Positions 58,065 through 64,000 of a stretch of DNA of 64,000 nucleotides are shown here, one piece after another. The stretch covers positions 304,730,001 through 304,794,000 of the forward strand of contig OZ024741.1 of assembly GCA_964016885.1 (NCBI GenBank), read 5' to 3'. The translations under genes were made by a program, and so were the position numbers. The notes below the pieces were generated by a model. The model made no database searches. It saw only the letters and a program-made list of their open reading frames with translations, and had not been told where the DNA came from. The stretch is from Eledone cirrhosa. Its lineage: Eukaryota. Within the stretch, counting starts at the first letter, position 1, and each line of letters begins with the position of its first letter.

Positions 58065-58168
58065 AAATGCTCGAACTTATTCGTTGGAATCTTAAAGCTT
58101 ATTTTGCGGGTGATATTGGGCTATGTCTTTCTGGCGTGACACTCATAATTTTGGATATAGATATATAT
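57762..58168. mobile_element. MITE-like element with ~60-70 bp TIRs in TA context
   Basis: caaaattatgggtgtcatgccagaaagacat..atatcacc vs ggtgatatt..atgtctttctggcgtgacactcataattttg. Confidence 0.6.
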
Positions 58169-61100
58169 ATATACACACACATTGTTTTTACATCTGCTTT
58201 CCATGCTGGCATAAATTGGACAGGTTGTCACAGACTGAGACCACATATTGCTCATACATTCTGTATGTGGCATGGTTTCTATGGCTGGGTGCCATTCCTA
58301 ACACAAATCACCTTGATAGAGTGTACTGGGTGCGTGGTTTTTGTTGCACCAACACTCTTTTAAAAGGCTGACAGGATGCATTTTACTATGGCACTAGCAC
58401 TAGAGAAGTTGTCACATGATTGTCCAAACTGAAGAGCCCCTCTTAGACCCTACATTACTCAATCACCAAACACTAGCCTCAGGTTGCTCACGATACATAC
58501 ACACAAACAATCTAGTAGAATACCTGGTATTGCCCAACTTGACCAATATCTATAAATGAACTAGAGTGCATCACTGTACTACAAATATGCTAGACAGGTC
58601 AAGTGACTGTCTTGACCATATCAGTCTTTGGCTTGGTTTTTTTATAGCTGAATGATGTTCTTAATACTAACCACCTTAGAGTAGACTGCATGCTTTTTTA
58701 TTGTAGCTCCAACTTGACCATTTTACAGGGTGAACATAAGCATAGTTGTGTGGTTAAGGAGTTTACTTCACCACCACATGGTTTTATGCTTCAGTGGCAC
58801 TGTGCGACACTTTGGGCAAAAATTATAGCCTTAAATTGACCATTGCTGTGTGAGTGAAATTTGATTAAATGCACATTTGCAGACTTGTTAGCTCATGAAA
58901 CCATTGCAACAGATTATCATGTACTATCATCATCACTGTTTACAGGATAACATTACATTAATGGAACTTTCAGACTAAAAATTGTCCAAACAGAATTCTC
59001 ATGAAAAAGCAATCAGATTCCTTGTTACAGTGTGACATACCACAATAAGTAGATCAGGTTGCTTGCAGAAAGTTGAAACACTTTTCCTCAAAATATTTGT
59101 TAACTAAAACTTGTAATCATGTAGAAGAATGCAAGCAGAAAAATGTGTTTTGCTGACATTGGACTCAAGGTAAATGAATTTAGCTGATGAGTAAATCTGT
59201 AGGACAGCAGATAAGAAGGAGACTTACACAGCAAGTGTAATAACATATTAGTGCAATCAAGATATGTTTACAATGTCATATTCTATTCTCATGCTTCAAG
59301 TATTATGAAACTGCTCCATGCTGACTCATTCAACATTTTACAGAGGTGTCATTTAGATTCAAGTTACTCATTCCTTCATTTATCATTTCATAACTAACTG
59401 CTAAATATAGTTAACTTAAATCAATCTATTATAAACAAAAAAGTTGAGACAGTTTTCCACAATATATATATGTAACCAAATTAGAAATCAAACAAGACTT
59501 TTACCATTATAAGAAAGAGGCAGGCTATGTTAACTAGTCCTAATTAGAATAAACTAGCAGAAAAACACCCTTCGGGAAGTTTTCTGCTAGCGTGTGTAGT
59601 GTGTATATTGATATTATACGCAGGTATATATGCATGTAGATATGATACATCAAATAAAATCGTAATTGACAATATACACAGAAATTGAACGTACACTGTC
59701 TTATGTAATCAGTAACGTAATCCATGATACATTAAAAAAAGACGATATTATATATAAACTGCATTGGGAAAAAATTAGTGATGGAAATATAAATGTTTAT
59801 TTAAGTGATCGTTAACCGGAAGTGTTGACATTTGAACATTTTAAAGAAGTGAATCTTTAAGTAATAAAATATATTTAATGAACAGCCACAAAATTTAGTA
59901 GATAAATTACGTAATATTAATTCATTATTTATTCAAAGTAATCCAACTTATTTTACAAACGGGATAAAAAAATATATATTCTGGACGCAGTACGGCGCTC
60001 CTTACTTTATTATAGTTTAGATAACTATGTAATGAGCCATATCTTCATATGGATAGTATTGAACTTGTACATTTTTAACAGAAACTATTCAACTATTATT
60101 GCACCGTTTAACATCTATTTTCCACACTTTCATGGGTTAGATAGGTTGTCACATTTATGATGCTAGATTGGTCAGGTTAACAAGTCTTGCTCATTTGGTC
60201 AATTTTGGGCTTGGTTTCTATGGTTGAATGCCTTTCCTAACACCAACCACTTTATTGACTCCAGCACTACCACCTTAAAAAGTGGACTGGGTTTCTTTTT
60301 GATGCTGCACTATCATCACCTTACAGAGTGAACCAGGTGTTTTTTGTTGTGGCATCAACACTACCACTCTACAGTGCAATGATACTAACTTCCATTAAAT
60401 CTTGTGATAGAACTGAATTTGTGCTGTAGTGCTGCTCTCAGTTTCTATAGAAAATCCAAACTACAATGTAAAAGATAGTTTTATCTTTAAATTTGTTTCT
60501 AAATTTCAAATTAACATCAAAGATGTTATAAGACTAATAGCCATTGAAAATTTTATGTGATTATTATTTGAATTAACTCACTTAAAATGTCTGATTTGCA
60601 CAATTACAATCACTTATTTGTACTGGTCAACTGGAATGATTGCAAGACAGTCAAAAGTTTTAGTCTGCTAATAACTGAAGCATTTATGAAAAAAAAAAAA
60701 ATATTTTAAAATCAAAAACTACATGGATTGTAGTTCTTTAGTCACATATCAGCTTCGAACAAACACACCTATAATGAAACGTACTACAATCATGACAATC
60801 ACATCTTTGTTACATAAGACTTAAATTGTCCAATAAATTTTTTTTTTTAATTATGAAAAGTAGGACAAAATTAGAGAGAAATCACTATTTCCAGCAAGTT
60901 GAGTAGAAGTTCTCTCACTCGTTCAGGACATGGTCAGTCACCTGATGTATAAACAGTTTTTACCATTTTAGGAAACCTTACAAATGATCTTAATACACTA
61001 AGCTATTTTTCCTTTCATTCAGCTATAACAAAAGAACTACAACTAAACTATTCCACCAATATTTGTGCACCTGCTTATCATTGAAATTAAATATCTTTAC

Positions 61101-61404
61101 AGCTATAGCTTGTTTCAATTCAACCGTAAACATAGCAAGCATACCTAACCCACAAGCACAATACCACAGGTCATTAGTTCAGCAACTTAAGGAATTAAAA
61201 TATTAGAAGACAGCTGTGTGATTAAGAAGTTTGCTTTGTAACCATATGGTTCCAAGTTCAATTCCACTGCCAGTGACCTTGGGAAAGTGTCATCTGCTAC
61301 AGACTCAGATTCGAGTGAAATTTAGAAAGCAAAACTACACAGAGATTAGTAATATACATGTGTGTAGAAGCAAAGTAATGGCTGGTAAAAGCCATTCAAT
61401 AAAA

Positions 61405-61942
61405 TACCATATATACTTGAATATAAGCTGCTCTGGATATAAGCTGACTCCCGCCTCCATTCTGTTTGCCATTCCCGCTGGAGAAATAAGCAAAAATCTA
61501 AACCCCATTTATAAGCTGAGGTAGCTAACACACATTTAAATGGTGAAGTTTTAAAATTCTCAAGAGTGGAAAATATATGAAGTTTTAATATTTTGATATT
61601 TAAAATGTTTAGAGTGTAGTTTTTGTTTCACAACTCCATGACTCAAGGATTTTTATACCAATTTCCAACCATTTTGAAGGCCATATATATTCAAAACTTA
61701 TCAAAAACAATAGGAAAAATTAATTTCACATAGAAAGTGAAACCAGTGCAATATTCACTTCCAAAGTGAAACCGGTGTAATATTCACCTCCAAAGCAAAA
61801 ATACCTCATTTATGCAGAATTTTGAAGTTGGTAAAATTCAGTAAAATATTGACCTCAAATATAACCCACGCACCCATCCAATTTTACCATTGATTATTTT
61901 TTTTTGTTATATTTCTCAGCTAATATACAAGTATTTATGGCA
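61405..61942. mobile_element. pogo/Tigger-like non-autonomous element (inverted relative to 50654-51326)
   Basis: taccatatatacttgaatataag terminus; internal homology to 51040-51320 and 50680-50770. Confidence 0.6.
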
Positions 61943-62225
61943 AGTATCAAAGTACTGGAATCAACTAAAACAGTAAAAGAATGCATGATTTTAAAATTGA
62001 TAGCATTAGTCAGCTTAATATATTTTTCAAATGTATTTCAAAACAAAGCTTTTTAATGTGCAAATAGTAATGGATTCATAATAAACTGAAAAACTGCTTT
62101 TATTCACTAATATAGAATCATTCATATATCACCCACTATTCAAACTTTATACAAATTTAACAATCAAAATCTTAAAATAAGTCTTTAAAAAAAAATAAAT
62201 AAATTAAAAAAAAAAAAATAATAAT

Positions 62226-62261
<36 letters not shown>

Positions 62262-64000
62262 ATTTTTATATACAGTATCATCAATTAATATTTATTTTCC
62301 ATGCTTGCATGGGTTAGACAGGTTGTAACGTTATGAGACAAGTCAGGTCCGGGGACCATGTCATGTTCATACAGATCTGTATTTCGGCTTGGTTTATATA
62401 GCTGGATATGCTTCCCAACATCAACCAATGTTAGTGTGTACTGGGAGCTTTTTGTGACACTTTATAGGGTGAACTGGGCACTTTTTGTTATGTCACCAAC
62501 ACAACCACCTTACAATGTGGATAAAATTGTGAATTGACAGAGACGTTAGGTCAGAATGTAAACCTTGACAAAAATGGAACTTACAAACAAAATATCATTC
62601 TTAACTTACGCAGGAGTGCAGTAACACTCATTTGAATCATGACAACCTGTCCAAGCCATGCTGTCATGAAAAGGTATTATGTAAAATGATGATAACATCG
62701 TATTGCAAATCGTATAGTCTATCACAATTTTTCAACCTGTACCAGTTTGTCAGTGAGAGATAATACTTACAGATCATGTCTTGCTAATTCTTAAATCTTT
62801 TTTGAGTGATATAACCACTGTACAGAACATCTAAATAATGCTTTTAATGCCAAACCACTTTTTCAGATTATCTGCACCTTATCTTCTTGTATTATCCCCA
62901 TCTGAAAAAATTCACCCCATCTTCCGTAACTATATAGCATTATACTCCTATTGACACAGCATGACTGAATAGTTAAGAAGTTCGCTTTACAATCATTAAG
63001 TCTTGGGTTTAATCTTATTGTGTGACATTTTGGGTTGACACATGCTTTGTGAGTAAAACTGGGTAGATGGAAACTGTTTGGAAGCCTGTCAGATAGACTG
63101 TACTTTAAAAGACCAGCCTTGTCACTGTCATGCTAAATTTTAGTATATTAAGGATACACATGTCTGTGGCATGCTCAGCTACTTACACATTCATTTCATG
63201 AACAGGCTGTTTCATCGACAGAAGAATTGGAACATGCATCACTGAAGCCTATACCGATAGAGGTCCATTCCATCCCACACATTTTGCAGCTTTGTAATTA
63301 ACTTGTACTTTGGACTTCACCCTACTGAACTTTAAGCTTTTTAATGTTAGAGCCACAAACAATTCATGTTCTACAAATTGATACAGACTTAACTGATCAT
63401 ATGATATGCAATGTTAATGCTTTTGATATCAAACCACCCTTGGTATACAATACAAAACTTAATTTTTAAGTTATATCTATCTGAAAACCTTCCAACAACA
63501 TTTTTTATAACAACCTTTAAGTTAAGTTACACTCTAAACATGAGCTTAACACCGAGAAAGTTACATAAGTAAATCCCTAAAAATTCTCTATTTTCTAAAT
63601 CATTTGCATATTAGAAATTTGGTAACCAAAGAGTTAATAACAACAGCACAGCAGTATGATCAAGAAATTTGCTTCACAATCTCTTGCTTCCACTGCACAG
63701 CGCACTGATCAAATATAGCCTCAGGTTGATCAATACCATGAGTAAAATTTTGTACAGAGAAATTATGCCAGACTGACATTTATGTGCGAGTGTGTGTGTA
63801 TTTATGCCTGTGCATACTGTTGTGTTAAGTTACCTATTTATGCCCCAAAGGAAAATAAAAAAAATCTTCACTATTCGATAAACATAAAATATGTCATTGA
63901 AATAAATTCTGTGGTTGATATGATTGACTAAAATCTTGAAACCAGTAAAATGGAGTAAATTTCACCAGGAAGAAAAATTAAAATTTTTAAGAAACTAAAT

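Noticed and set aside
62605-62650. Possible minus-strand exon ending in GTAAGT
   Set aside because: The acceptor side is a decayed RTE/SINE tail remnant; no other support

Overview
AT-rich, repeat-saturated animal genomic DNA with no confidently identifiable host gene. The SINE/LINE repertoire suggests an octopod cephalopod, which is an inference. From about 7 to 56 kb the window is a nest of non-LTR retrotransposons set in long mixed (TA)n/(CA)n microsatellite tracts. The nest holds RTE-clade LINEs of at least three subfamilies, a CR1-type fragment and Penelope-like elements with hammerhead ribozyme motifs. The flanks contain tRNA-derived SINEs, MITEs and a decayed DNA transposon. The most striking object is an intact full-length RTE LINE (APE endonuclease + RT with a PHD finger inside the RT, ORF open 34204-37605). 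Its 5' end is fused to about 22.4 near-identical 450-bp monomers (24099-34206). Each monomer looks like a Pol II promoter (GC box, CT tract, TATA, Inr at +30), a short exon and a 216-nt GT-AG intron. The last acceptor lies exactly where the LINE reading frame opens. The many YIYI/HTHT ORFs are microsatellite artefacts.
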